Source: Guillardia theta CCMP2712
Taxonomy: Eukaryota; Protista; Cryptophyta
NCBI RefSeq assembly: GCF_000315625.1
Contig: NW_005434650.1
Span: forward strand, 400,005 to 464,004
Length of the DNA stretch: 64,000 nucleotides
Direction of reading: 5' to 3'
Positions 21,388-34,799 of the stretch are shown one piece after another (positions within the stretch are counted from its first letter, which is position 1; every line of letters begins with the position of its first letter). Below the pieces are notes generated by a model, which was not told where the DNA came from, did no database searches, and saw only the letters and a program-made list of their open reading frames with translations. Both the position numbers and the translations under genes were made by a program.

Positions 21388-23300
21388 GGAGGAGGAGGAG
21401 GAGGAGGAGGAGGAGGAGGAGGATGGAGATGACGACGAGGACGAGGACGAGGAAGAGGACGAGGACGAGGACGACTTTGATAGTGATACAAACAAACGAG
21501 CAGGCAACCTGTCATCCACATGGTCTTGGAAGGACGTCAGCGCATTCGCCTTCATCTCCTGTATGATAACGGAGGAAGGGAGGGAGGAGAAAGAAAGCTA
21601 GTCACGAGACTGTCACATGCTGTAAAATCTCACCTCGACCCTCAAGTCGTGATCGATCATCTTGCGATGTTGACACAGGTTCTCACACTGGGACCTGTGC
21701 CTCACCATTACATCTCGCCTTCAGCTTCAACTTGGTTCACAGGAGGAACTCGCAAGTCTCGTCCACGTCATATCTCATTCTTCGCAACGCTTTCAAGATT
21801 GTCTGCTCGTGCTCCGTGACTCAGAGCGTTTTCGTCACAGATGTCAACCCAGTCGGTGAGTCCCCGCTGAGATGTCGCGACGAAGTTCATCAGCTCGACC
21901 TGATTCATCCTGACGGAAGGGAGAGGGAGATCGCGAGGGAGAAGAGAAAGAACAAGGAGGGAGGGAGGGAGGAAAAGTTTGATGAGGAAAGAGGGAGGGA
22001 GGAAAATTTTGATGAGGAAGGGGGAAGGAAGAATAAGGAGAGGAGGGGGAGGGGAGCGGCAGAGAAGAGCCAAGAACGAGGTAAGGAAGGAGAAGAGAGT
22101 AAGAGAGAAGAGAGGAAGAGAGGGGGGAGGATAGAAGGAGGAGAGAGGAGGAGAACGAACGATCGACAAGTCAGTCATCTCATCGATTCTCTCGTTGCAC
22201 TTACGCGTCGTACAAGTTCTCGAGGTTCTTGCGAACCTCATCGATGATCTTCTGGTCTCTCGCTGACCAGAAACCCTTGAGCCGCACCTGCAAGATTCAG
22301 AGAGGGAGGGAGGGAGGGGAGGATAGAGGAGGAGGAGGAGGAGGAGGACGAAGGAAGGAAGCATGGAGTAGACATGGGGAGGAGGAGGAGGAGGAGGAGG
22401 AGGAGGAGGAGGAGGAGGAGACGTCCCACTTTGTCGCCCTTGTTCGTCAAACAGACGGCAGGAACAACCTGACAAAAACCTTGTCAATCCTCAGCTCTCC
22501 GCCGCCGCCGCCGCCTCCTCCTCCTCCTCCGCCGCCGCCGCCGCCTCACATCTGACGGCACTCCGCGGATAACTCCGGCGTAGGCATCATTCAACTTGAA
22601 CGTGACTTGACCCGTGAGCTGGAACAAACCAAGCTTCCTTCCTGGAGCTGTTCACCCCAGTCAGCTCCTATCCTGTCCTTCCTCCTTCTCTTCTTACCTT
22701 TCCCTCCAGCTGTAACCAGAAAGTGTTTTCCTTCTTGTTGAATCCTTGCGGACGCAAGATCTGCACAACCGTTACATCTGCTCGACCTAGTCATCCTCGT
22801 CCTCGTCCTCGTCCTTGTCTTCGTCCTCTTATGGACGACCTCCCCATCTTCTCCTCACCTTCCCGTCGAGGTACAAGTCGGGCAGAGCCTGAAGATACAT
22901 TAGGATCCAAAGAATCGAAGAGGAAAGAATCGGGATGGAGGAGGAGGAGGAGGAGAAGACAGAGAGAAGGGAGAAGAGGGAGAGGAGAAGGGAGAGAGGA
23001 GGAGCGAGGGAGGAGGGAAGGAGGAGGGAAGGAGGAGGAAGTAACAGGATATGAGAGAGGAGATTAGAGCTAAAGATGACCTCGAGGTCCTTCAACATCA
23101 TCTCGAACTCTTTGGCGACTTTGAAGACGCACTTGAAGTTTTTCTTCTTCTCAGATCCCCTCCTCCCTTCTCCTTCCTCCTCACTACACCTTGTTCTCCC
23201 CCGGAAACGTGCTTCCTTCACTCGTCACTCGCATCACCACCGCCCCCAGCTCTCGGTCGTCCAGCTGCGCTCAAAGATTGAAAGTAAATTCTTCATAAAG

Positions 23301-23371
<71 letters not shown>

Positions 23372-25331
23372 GCACAACTAGAACACAAAATCAAAAAATG
23401 AGCAAGAGCAAGAGCATCATCAGCGTCGCCTTCACTCAGACCTTGAGGTCAACGGTGACAACATCCCCCATGTTGAAGCGCGAGAAAGGAACTTTGTCCG
23501 TCGGAAGAGTTTTGATGACATGCGGACCGTTCATCAGGAGCCCGGAGGGAGAAGACCAGAAGAAGGCGTGATCGAAGAAGCACTTGGTATCCCACCTACA
23601 CCAACATGTCACGCGCACAAGTGGACGGGATGTGGTTGTGAAGTGAGGGAGATGGGAAAGTTCGGCACTTTCTCATGTCTATAGCGAGAGGTGACTTTTT
23701 GTGTTCTGCTAGATGGAGGTATGATTGTGGATGGAGATATCAGGGTTGATAGAAGCATCATTGCTGCTGAAAGTCTTCACTGGCTTTCTTCTGGCCATCC
23801 TACCTTCGATCGAGCTCGTCTGCCAGTCTCTCTGCAAGAATCAAACTTGCAAGCAACAAGTCAACATCGCATGTCTCATCATCAGTCTGCGAGGTACCCG
23901 ATGTACATGTTGCCGTCCCTGTGAATGACTTCAAACTGCCACTGACAATGACCTGAAATACTTGGTCCGATGTTCTGTGTAGGGGAAAGAAAGGAAAGCG
24001 CATCAAAAACCAAGTCAGCGTTCGTAAGTCATTCAGGAAACAACAAGAATCATGTTGAAATCAACTCACCATGCCGAACCCGGAAGCGAACACAGGGATG
24101 TCAGACGTTTTCATGATCACGTCGCCGCCACGATGATTGGTACGGAACTGTGTGCGCATGAGGGAGGAAGAGGAGAGAGGATGAAAGACAAAGAGCAACG
24201 ATGGAAGGAGGGGAAAGGGAAGATGGCGAGGAGAGAGGCAATGACGATGACGATTCCATCTTAGGGAAGAAAAGAGTAGAGTTGGGAAGGGAGGGATGGA
24301 AGGAGACGGGATGGAAGGAGACGGGATGGGATGGGAGGAGATGGGATGGGAGGGATGGCCGTTTAATAAAGCTTGCTCACTCCTGCATTCTTGTCAATTC
24401 GCATGTGACCTGACCCGGCAAGACTTACTCGGGGGTCGTCCGTAAAGGATGCCAACGTCCAACGAGATGTCACCTTGCCAGAAGCTTTCAAAGAGAGCAA
24501 GTGGCAGCAGAGGAGGAGGGAGGAGGGAGGAGGGAGGAGGGAGGAGGGAGGAGGGAGGAGGGAGGAGGGAGGAGGGGAGGAGGGAGATAGCTACCGCTCG
24601 CATCCTTGTCTCCTTCCATCTCGTCCCATCCCTGCCGTCATGGTCACCCCACTCCCCTCCTTTCCTCCCCTCAGCTCTTCTCATCGTGCTCACCACCCAG
24701 ACTGACTGATCGAACTTGGGCCCTTCACTTTCCTTCTCCTCGATGCTCAGCTGTGAGACTCTCCTCTCTGCTGCTTTGGGCTTCTTCTGGGTTTGCATAT
24801 CCTCCTCCCCCAAGTTGACATGATGCTGGCCCTGCCAGTAGCTCAGGATTTCGCGAAGTCCGCACGCAATTCCCGTCATCGTCCAACCATCCCATCCCAC
24901 GCATCGTCAAGGTTGTCTACATGCTCTCCCATCTTCATGCTGTGCCCCTTGTCCCCTTCACAGATTTTAGCCCACTACTTCTTCCTCTCCTCTTCTGCCT
25001 CTTGTAACCTCCTGCTCCCTGCTCCCTGCTCCCTGCTCCCTGCTCCCTGCTCCCTGCTCCCTGCTCCCTGCTCCCTGCTCCCTGCTCCCTGCTCCCTGCT
25101 CCCTGCTCCCTGCTCCCTGCTCCCTGCTCCCTGCTCCCTGCTCCCTCCTCCCTCCTCTCATATCCTCTCCTCTCTTCATACCTCGATCGTCTTCTCCCCC
25201 CCTCCTGCCATCCGGCCGGCAGCAAGTCCCCATTGCTTCCTGCTCATGTCGCTGGTGTCGGAGCAACTGCTAGGTGGGAATGTGTGGGGATGAGGGAGTT
25301 GGGGCTGTATGAGGGACGTCCCTGTGGCCAT
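20600..25331 (-). CDS. Multi-exon protein with SPRY/B30.2-like domain (could be more than one gene)
   Basis: Spliced GPSISGHCQWQFEVIHRDGNMYIGYL..HAFFWSSPSGLLMNG..FSRFNMGDVVTVDLK fits SPRY; later ILKALRRMRYDVDETCEFL is UBA/CUE-like. Confidence 0.5.
20756..20842. repeat. (CCTGCT)n hexamer microsatellite
   Basis: Visible tandem. Confidence 0.95.
23301..23371. repeat. (ATC)n microsatellite
   Basis: Visible tandem. Confidence 0.95.
25011..25145. repeat. (CCTGCTC)n heptamer tandem (also 26165-26205)
   Basis: Visible tandem of about 19 units. Confidence 0.95.
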
Positions 25332-25357
25332 GGATGCTCTAGGAGGATACGACAGGT

Positions 25358-25427
25358 AGAGGAGGAGGAGGAGGAGGAGGAGGAGGAGGAGGAGGAGGAG
25401 GAGGAGGAGGAGGAGGAGGAGGAGGAG
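25358..25427. repeat. (GAG)n microsatellite in intergenic purine tract
   Basis: Visible tandem. Confidence 0.95.
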
Positions 25428-25726
25428 ATGGAGGAGGAGGAGGAGATGGAGGATATGGAGGAGGAGGAGGACATGGAGGAGGACGAGGAGGACAGGTGGG
25501 GGAAGGAGAGGGCAAACCAGATGAGTTGGGAAGTATGGGAATAGGCGGGCAAAGAGAGGGAGGGAGGGATGAGAGGATGAGCGAGAGGAGGAGGAGGAGG
25601 AGGAGGAGGAGGAGGATGAGGATGAGGAGAGGAGAGGAGAGGAGAGGAGAGGAGAGGAGGAGAGAGGAGGAGGAGGAGGAGAGAAGAGGAGAGAGCTGTC
25701 AGTCATTGTTCAGCACTCATGTAAAG

Positions 25727-26905
25727 ATGCTCGCAGCGGAGATTCGGACGAACAGGACCAGCAAGGACATGGCGAGGGAGAAGGCTCAGCGAAAGTAGAT
25801 TTCAAGCCAGCATGGCAGGTCTGCCGAGTCATGCTCGATCATCGAGGCGTTGACCTGTTATCCTGCTCCCAGATGGATGATGATGGCAGTGACAAGAGCG
25901 AAGACGAAGACGGGGAGGAGGGAGGAGAGGGAGGAACGACGAGCTCGAATGCTCCCGAGCAACCAGAACCTCCTGTATCACCTGCATGTGTGCCTGCCAT
26001 GCCTGATGGGTGAGAAGGTGAAGAAGAAGAAGCTGCCGAACCCTCTCGAAGCTCTTGAGGTCGCTGCACCTACGTTCCTGACCTCCAACGACAACGAGGA
26101 TGAGATCGTTGAGATCAAGCAGGCAAGTGACCTCCCCCCCCACCTGCTCCCCGCCCCGCCCCCCCTGCTCCCTGCTCCCTGCTCCCTGCTCCCTGCTCCC
26201 TGCTCCTTTCATCCCCTCCTCGTCTCGTTTTCTCCCTGTTTTCCTCTCCTTTCCTCCTTTCCTCTCCTTTCCTCTCCTTGCTCTCTCCTCTCCTCATCTC
26301 ATATCAATCCCTGTCCCCTCCTTGCCCTCTCCAGACTTTCTCGTCTAAGTCAACCCGCACAGGCTGAGCCAGAGCAAGCTCGCAAGGAAGAAGCCGTGAA
26401 GGTCTTGTGACCCTCGTTCTACCCAGCTGACCTCCAGCAGCCTGAGGGACCTCCAAGGTTGGACGGCGTATCACTCCCTCCCCATCCCAAGGTGAAAGGG
26501 GAGGCGTGAGATATTAGGGGAGGACAGGAGGAGTAAGCGAGAGGGGAAGGGGAGGACAGGAGGAGGGATGAGGAGAAGGACATTGAAGAAGGCAGGAGAG
26601 GAGGGAGGGGAATCTGACGCAGAAAGGCAGAGCGGAGGACACGGGCCGATAAGTTCGAAGAATCAGACGGTGAGGAGCTGGAGGAGGAGGAGGAGGAGGA
26701 AGAGCTGACGAGGGGAGCAGAGCGAGGACAAGAAGAAGCAGATAAGCTTCAACGCGCGAGAGAAGAGGAAGCGAGAGCTGGGCCAGGTCCTCCCCCTCCT
26801 CTCCATCCTCGTGCTCGGGAGCACTAAAGGGTGATGTAGGCGAGCAAGGACAAGAACTGGGTGGAGGAGGAGAAGCGAATCTTGCGGCAGTCAGGATGCG
26901 ATTGA
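25727..26905 (+). CDS. C1orf52/UPF0690-like small protein (start uncertain)
   Basis: Acidic N-terminus, KKKLPNPLEALEVAAPTFL, C-terminal FNAREKRKRELGQ-ASKDKNWVEEEKRILRQSGCD*. Confidence 0.65.
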
Positions 26906-26923
26906 GGAGGAGGCAGCCACTTG

Positions 26924-29900
26924 TTAGAGCTGACGAGGAACTAAGAAGTTGCTGCTGTATCCGTCTGCGTCCTGATCGCGACGCCTCCTGCTCGCCCACC
27001 TCGCTCGTAGAACAACGGTCTCCTCCTGTGAGGAAAGTCACGGGGCGTGCGAATGATGATGATGATGATGATGATGATGAAGGAGGAGAAGGAGGAGGAG
27101 GAAGAGGAGAGGAGGTGATGTGTCGCTCTCACCGTCTGCTTCGAATCTTGCTGGTAGTTGTTGTCTACAGCCTGAAGGGGATAAAATTCATGAGGGGCAG
27201 CAAGAGGAGAGAAGAGGAGACAGAGGAGACAGGGAGGATGGAGGAGGAGAGAGAGGAAGAGGGAGGAGAGAGGAGCTCTTACCTTAGACAAGGCATCCTC
27301 CGAGTCGATGCGCTTGCTGATCTGTGCGACGATCCTCCTCTGATAGACTTCCTTGGCTTCCTCGCTCCCCTCCCCGTAGACTCTCTTGACGAAAGCTTGC
27401 AGACCCTGAGAAGCTATGAGCGAGAGGAGAGAGGGAGAGAGACGAGAGGGGAGGGAGGGTTGAGGGTAGAAGGAAAGAAAAGGGGGGGGGAGGGGGGATA
27501 CCTGAGGGGAGGGGAGAGGGAAGAGGGGGAGAGGGGAGGAGAGAGAATTCTAGTGAAAGCAAGGAGCAGTGAGAATAGAAGGAGAGGAGGTAAGAGAAAG
27601 AAGAGGAAAGAGGAACGATGAGAATGAGGAGCGATTGACTTACATCCCATGCATACTCGTTACTCGGTTCGATCGCCAAAGCCTTCTCAAGCAGCTCTCT
27701 GTAAGAAAACGTGAGGGGACCGGCAGCGACGAGAGGAGGAGGTGGTGGTGGTGGTGGTGGACACAAGCAAGTGCAAGCAAAGAAGAGGAGGAATGGAGGG
27801 CAAGACAGGAAGAAGACTCGCTCTCGCACCTGCTCTCGATCAAGTTTCCTGCTTCTTCTTCTACTTTAGCCCAAGCGGCCAGTGAAGGTGATGGTCGGTC
27901 GGCCACATCGACAGCCCTGGCGAAGTACTTGCGAGCCTCGTCCAGGTTCCCCTCAGACGCCTCCATGAGACCCCAGGCCTGAGGTGATGGTGAGCAGCCG
28001 AAAGGAGAGGAGGAGGGAGAGGAGGGAGGGAGGGGATAAGGGAGAGGAGGGAGAGGAGGGAGGGAGAGGGAGGAGTAGGCTGGAATTGAATGCAAGAGAA
28101 GAGGAGGAAAGGAGAGGGGATGGGAGGGGAAGTGAGGAATTTACCTGCCAGAGGACAAAGATCTTCTTGTCTGACCCTGCTTCCCACACGCCCTGCTGGA
28201 AGATGGAGCGAGCTTCCTTCACGTTCTTCCTCTCCAGCTATCGCCAGTGTCAAGATCCCTCCCCTTCACCGCCTGTCTCCTCCCTCCTCCCTCTTCTCTT
28301 GCATTTCCTTTCCAGCCCTTGTCTTCCTCTCTGATCCCTCTCCTCTCTCTTCCTCTCACCTCGTGAACGGCCCATGCCTGCCAAAGAGCCGCATGCTTCT
28401 TGGCTTCGGAGCAGCCGCGCTTGAACATCTCGCGAGCCTGCAACAGAGTGAGTGGGAGGAGGAGGAGACAAGCGGGTTAGCATGACGGACCTGCATCCTC
28501 TTTCCAGAACGGGCCAGCAGCATAGCGTAGGCTTGATACACGCCTCCATCCTTGGGGTTAATTTCAATCGCCCGCTCGAGCAGTTCTATCGCCTTCTCAG
28601 TGTTCCCTCGCTCGCACTGAATCATTTGTCAGCCACTTCTCCTCCTCCTCCCCCCCCTCCTCCTCCCTCCCATCCCACGACTTCTTTTCCTCGTCCTCTT
28701 TCCCACCTCAATATTTGCTAAAGCTTGCAGAACGAACGTGTTCTTCGGGCTCGCCTTGAGACCCTTCTGCAGCAATTCTGCTGCTTTATCGAGGTTTCCT
28801 GCTCTCCTCTCCATCGTACCCCACGCCTGCAACAAGTTCAGAACCTCTTCACTCTCTCCTCCCAACACGCTTTACTATCTCCTCCCTCCCTTCCGTTCCC
28901 TGCCCTTTTCCCCTCCCCTCCCTTCCCTTTCTCCTTGCTGTTCACCTGCCAAGAGGCCGCATTCATCGGATTCACGTCTGTACATTTCTGGAACAGCGAC
29001 CGGGCAGCCCTCAAGTTCCCCTCCCTCGCCTCCAGCACCGCCAGGCACTGCATCCGCTCGTCATCATCCTCCTCCTCCTCCCCACATCCAGCAGCAGCAC
29101 CTGCCATGCGTAGAAGCTGTTGGGCTCCACTGAAGCAGCCTGAAGGAACAGACGTCAACGACTGGGAAAGGAAGGAGAGGAGCAAGTACCTTGGCATAGC
29201 ACTGCCTTGCCCTCCAGCTCCTCTTCATTCTCTCCTCCAACTTCCCCAGCGACACCCACGAGGCAGCATGCGTCTCATCCTCCTCCACAGCTCGCTGAAA
29301 GAGCTTGAGCGCCTCCACCACCTGACCCTGCGCCACGAAAGTAAGCTCCTCCTCCTCCTCCTCCTCCTCCTCCTCCTCCTCCTCCTCCTCCTCCTCCCAT
29401 CTACACCTGCTTCTGCTCGATACAGCCAAGGGCCTGGAGAAGGAAGGGACTGCGCGGGAGCTTCTGGAGCCCAGACTGCAGAATTTCTTTCGCCTAAAGA
29501 TGAGGACGAGTGAGATTGAGAGCGAGCAAGGGAATGAAAGGGGAGTGAGACAGAGCAGAGGAGAAGGGAGGCAGGAGGAGGCATGAGATATAAAGGATCT
29601 CAACATCACCAACCTTGAACATCTGATTCTTCTCCTCGTAAAGTTTGGCGAGACCCACCCAGGCCCTACCGTCATACGCATCCATCTGGAGGCACTTGCG
29701 GTACAGATCCTCACTCTTGTCGAACTCTTTCCTCTGCATCCATGTCAGGACAGCAGAGCGATCGGGTGGAGAAGAGAACGAGGAGGTCGAGGGCGACGAT
29801 GAGGGCGACGAGGACTAAGGTGGTCAAGGGGGCAGGACGAGGAGGAGGAAGAGGAAGAGGAGGAGGAGGAGGATCACCTGCAGCGCTCTTCGGGCGGCAT

Positions 29901-32085
29901 AGCTCATGAGGTCGAGGTTGATCTTGAGGACCTTGCTAGGGGCAACGGAATCTCTCTCCGACCCGTCGATGAAGGGGGCCAGGCTGTCCAGCAGCGTCCC
30001 CTTGACCTTCTCCGACAGTCTCGTATCCACGTTGCCGATCCTCTTCTGCGCCCGAAACTTCTCCATGATCTTCTGACCCTCCTGGCTCCTCACCACTGAG
30101 ATCTTCACAGACCCGAGAGGCGCGGAGGAGTCCGACATCAGCTCAACCAGCTCCTCCAGCTCATTGGGGTTGGCCACATTGTTCAACTGCCACCATCTCT
30201 ACGTCAGCGCACGGGCGGCTCGTCCAATTTTCACACACTCCAACCCCAAACCTCCTTCCTCCATGCTTCCCCACTCCCGACACCCTCGCTATCATCGTCT
30301 GCTCTGCTCAAGTCCACTAGGCCCTCATCCTCATCCTTCCTCTCTCCCCTGCCCTCCCCTCCCTTCCCCTCCCCCCTCACCGCATCCGAATATGAGGATC
30401 CTCGATCGAACTTGACCCCGGCCTCATAGCGCAGCTCGGACGCAACTTTGATCCTGTCGCCCACCACTAGCCCTGCTCGCATGGCGTTCCCATTGGGCGT
30501 GACGTCTTCCACGAAGATCCCCTTCCCCTCTACCAGCGTCACCGTCATGCCCGCTGGCTTCTTGATCGTGACCTCAAACTCCCTTCCCGTGCTCGAGTTG
30601 GTTGCCGTCAGCTTGCTGCTCATCAAGTTCCCCGCCAGCGAGGCCTCCCCTCTCCCCCGCTCCTCGAGCATCGACGTCGTCCTGCTGTATCGCAGGCGTA
30701 TCTGTGGGTTCTCCGAGGAGATGGCGCTCATGATCGACGACAAGTCGTCCAACCAGTTCATGAGAGGATGGGAGCCAGGGACTGAGATGCGGTCCCCCAC
30801 CCGGATGCCTGCTAGCTTCGCGTTGCTCTTCTCCCCCAGACTGCTCACGAAGACTCCCTCCCCTTGTACCTCCTTGACCTCCATCCCCATCGGCTTTCTC
30901 AACAGCACCTCGAACGTCTCCACTCCTCCTGTCTCGTCCTTCCACCACCCGTCGAGCTCGCCCCAGTAACCGCGTCCTTCCTCGGTAGCAGCGTCCTGTG
31001 CTGAGGAACTCCTGCTGTCCGGCTCGGACCTCCGCGATAGGATCGGCTGGAAAGGCAGCGAATCTCGAGGTGCCTGCCAACGAATCTTCAGAATCTGCAC
31101 TCCACCATGCGGAAAGGAGGACGAGGGCAGGACGTCGAGGACGAAAGTTAGGGTCAAGGATACGGAGGAAGACAGGACCAGAGGAGGGGGGGAGCGAGAA
31201 GGTCAGAATAGAGCAAAAGTGACCACCAGACGGGGAGGAGGAGGAGGGAAGTGGGAGGAGGGGGGAAGTGGGAAGGAAAGGAGGAGGGAGGAGATAGGAG
31301 GAGGAGTAGAAAGCACATGAGAAGATAAACTCGACCTGCTTCTCGACGTCCATGATGGAACGAAGCAATGAGAAGATACTCGGTTGCCCTTTCACCTTGT
31401 TATTGTTGGATTGCAGGAAGATGGCCCCGAGCCGTTGGATCTCCGGCAGGCTCAGCGGGAGAATCTTTCCGAGCTTCGAGGGAGCCAGCACTTGATTCTT
31501 GGGGCCAAACGGCTTGGCTGGTCCTTCCACCACATATCTAACCTCACCCGTTGCATCCCAAGCTCCGGACGGCTCCGAGACTGAGACGACTTTGACAAAG
31601 CAGAGGTTCCCGTCGTTGAGCTCGAGCACAGCGATCTCTCCTATGGTGAACTCGTACCCGTCAGAGAAGGCAAACTGATCTCCCGGCATCCAGTCGTCGG
31701 GGATACGCTGGCCTGGCTTTATGAGCCCTCCAAGAGCAGCGTCCTGATATTCCTGTCTCTTGGAGAAGCGAGAGCTTGCTACCTTGTCTTGCTTCGGTTC
31801 TGACTGAGCATCAGCACTGCCGTCACTGTCAGATCGCATGCTCATCCATGTCGCCTGCTTCCTAGTGCCGTAGCTACAGATCGCGACCTTCCGCTCACAT
31901 GACCTCACGCCTGATCGGCACTGGGAGTCTGCTGGTGCCTGCTGGCTCCTCAAGAGCCCTCTTGCCACGTTCAAGAAGCCCAAGGAACCGTCGATGCTAG
32001 TCCCTCCAACACAGACCAAGGCACAGATAAGGAAGATGAAGGCCCTGGCGGGGTGACCCCCTGCTCTCAGCAGCAAGGAGAGCAT
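26924..32085 (-). CDS. Plastid-targeted HAT/TPR RNA-binding protein, HCF107/Mbb1-like, with tandem N-terminal PDZ domains
   Basis: Signal AFIFLICALVCVGG..SLG-FLNV; PDZ repeats KPMGMEVKEVQGEGVFVSSLGEKSNAKLAGIRVGDRI and KPAGMTVTLVEGKGIFVEDVTPNGNAMRAGLVVGDRI; INLDLMSYAARRALQ-RKEFDKSEDLYRKCLQMDAYDGRAWVGLAK; many WQAWG.ME..GN...AR..F HAT repeats. Confidence 0.8.
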
Positions 32086-32767
32086 AACTTCAGCCAGACT
32101 CAGGTCATAAGACGACACGTTCCTCGCTCATGCACATTTCACTCCTCTCCTCCTATGAGCAGCAACCCTGTGAAGAGAAGCGAGGAGTCAGAACGAGCAA
32201 GATCTTAGGTGAGGACGTGGTTTGTTGGAGGGTGGAACAGTAAAATCGGTCAAACGACCTCATCGGTGTTTCATGAGCTGCTGCGTGCAGTTTACTGCTG
32301 ACTCCTCCTAACTCTTCCCCTGCAGCTTTTACTGTTCTCTTGTCTAAATTTCTCAGAGAGGTGCTCGCATCATCGCCAAAAAAAAATTCTGATTTGACGC
32401 TAGCACCTCTCCCGAACGACGATTTCTTGACTCTCTGTTCCTTCTCATCATTTCTCATATCACGCTATCGTATTGCAAAGTGATATCATGAACCCAATAT
32501 CCTCTGCTTCTCTTCCACGCTCCTCCTCAGCTGCTCCTCATCGCATTTTTTCTTCAACCTAATTTCCACTCACTTCACTGGCTCGAGTGTTCTAGCGCTC
32601 ATTCCTCTCCTCATCTGTACCATGCATTCGATCTCCTCTTCCACTACTACGTCATGCTCCTCCTCCTCTACCTCCTACTTCACTCTTCCCCCGCCTTCCC
32701 TCCCATGACGTCGGCTCCTCATCCTGTGGCACCATCAACATGCCTCATTCGCCACTTATATCCACCA

Positions 32768-33610
32768 TGGGGTAGGGTGGGGGCAAACGGCGGGGTGGTG
32801 ATACCAGACCAGCCCGTTTTGCATTTTGGTAGGCAAATAGGGGGTAGGGGTATATTGTGCCCCAGACGCAGAGGCGAATTGGGGGTACTTTGTTGTAAAA
32901 AGAGGGGTGATTGCTGTAAGGGGTTTGTAAATCTGTGTGTCGAATTGACCTGGTAGTAAGTTCTGGGAATCTGAGGGGGTGGTTGGAGGTGACGGTGTTG
33001 CACACCGACCTGGGTAGGGGTACTGATCTCGGGTAGGGTGGGGTGATGTCGGTCTTACAAGTTTCGGTGCAACGTGCATGACAGAGAGTAGGTGGGGTAC
33101 TCCATTATACTTGGAGTATCCAGGGGGTGGGTAGACACCCCTACCCCTAAATTCCCGGGCGCCGGGCCCGGCGCTCGCCGCACCGTCACGATGATCAGTG
33201 CCACAGTGCCAGTGCCAGCCCTAAGCCTGCGGCCCGCCCCGGGCCCGGCCCTCCGACGACTCAGGCCCGGGCGGCCTCGGAGGAAGGCGGTTCCAGACGG
33301 TCGGAACCTCCAGCCGTCCGATCCGACAGCCCGGCGTGTACACTCAGTGACTGCTGATCGGACTGCGGGCACTGCTGCGGCAGTGATCGGTTGTACGGTA
33401 CTAGTTTTTTGAGTTAGTACGGTACTAGTCAGTGCATGATGGTACAGTACTTTCAGTAAAGAAGTACAGTACGGTACCGTACCGTACCGTACGGTACCGT
33501 ACCCGCCGCCGGTCACCGGTTACTAAAGTTAGCCGCCCGGCCCGGCCGGCGCCGCGCCTCACTCCCGGGTCACCTCAGTGACAGCCTCCGTGGTTCGCCG
33601 TAGGCGCCGC
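32768..33610. other. GC-rich palindromic intergenic island 2 with GGGGTAGGG-type flank
   Basis: G-tracts 32768-33132; GCGCCGGGCCCGGCGC palindrome 33159-33174; GTAC/ACCGT array 33395-33503. Confidence 0.7.
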
Positions 33611-33843
33611 GCTGATTTTTGACTTTGAAGGCTTTTTGAATGCCTTTTACTCAAAGTTAAGTGAAATGCTAGTGGACTATACTCGAAAGGTGGCAGAATA
33701 CCGACATTTGCGAAATCAGGCTCCAATTTTTGAAATTTCAAGGATTTGGTTGGAAAGGACTCGATCAACGGATACAAATGACAAGAAATCTCCGCAATCA
33801 GGAGATAAGCAGTTTCTTACTACCTGTCAGTCACGCGGATACC

Positions 33844-34799
33844 ATGGCCTCCGCACGGACCGTGGCTCGGACCGGTCCTCCGAGTGTCGTAAACTGGAGC
33901 AGAGGCCGCGCAATGATGCTCGATGCTGTCAGCTTTTAGCTCACGGATACCATGGGAACGAAAGTTATTGTTTTCGCGCTTTACAGGGATAAGCAAGAAC
34001 CGGTGACACCTTACAGAAGCTGCTTGTCGGAGGTGGACTCCGTGGGGGTCGCAGGATGTCAGGTGGTGGGTCACGAGGGCAGTAAGAAGTCACGATACCG
34101 CGACTGAGATCTGAAGAGGAAGGAGGCGAGGCCAAGGATTCCAGCTGCACGTCCACAGCCACGATGAGGACGATGGAAGCGCACATGCCGTGCCATGGGA
34201 CAAGAGGGGAGGTGGAGGAAAGAATCCGAAGTTTGCCCATGGATCTGCTGAGCCAACGAGGGAGGATAGGACTTGAAACGACGTTCCCTTATCTCATCAC
34301 CAATGCCAATGGAACGGTGTGCAACTTCTTTGGCAGAAACTCAACCGAACTGATCGGCAGAAGCTTGCGCTTGCTCTCCGATGGCACTGACTGCTCTCAC
34401 CATGCTTTGTTTGAAGCCGCATCCGTGGCAGCCAAGGACGGCAGAGTAAGGACATACCTGACAATTACTGGAGCACAAAACTGCAAGCACGAGCGAATGA
34501 TCATTGCTTTCTCGCTGGGCAAGGCTTCCAATGGATGCCCATTGATCGAAATGTTGATTTTCCCGATGGACAGCCAAAACCCATTTGAGATCAGAACTCC
34601 AATGATGCAGATCATTTCCAAAGATGACGAAGTCGAGCAATGTCAGCACAAGCGAATATGGAAGGCCGCTACTACAGACCTGCGAAGAAACTGCCCGGAT
34701 AGAGAAGTGGTGATTACGTCGTCGAATAACCAGGAAGTGGGTCTCTCACTTGCTCTGACAAACGGGATAGAAACCTCACCCGTGCCCAAACAATGTTAG
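33844..34799 (+). CDS. PAS-like domain protein (5' exons uncertain; main exon covers 34164-34799)
   Basis: PYLITNANGTVCNFFGRNSTELIGRSLRLL fits the PAS N....FG....ELIG.S...L pattern. Confidence 0.55.

Noticed and set aside
14063-31300. Many low-complexity ORFs (poly-E/P/L/S/R/M/I, PAPAPA, GAGSREQ)
   Set aside because: Translations of intronic or intergenic microsatellites.
32768-33150. G-tracts as interstitial telomere repeats
   Set aside because: Not tandem and with no fixed unit; irregularly spaced.
33395-33503. GTAC/ACCGT repeats as a CRISPR array
   Set aside because: No constant repeat with unique spacers; eukaryotic context with no cas genes.
33055-33516. ORFs across the GC islands (also 17838-18283 and 58537-59148)
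   Set aside because: Stop-poor GC-rich sequence with no domain or splice structure.
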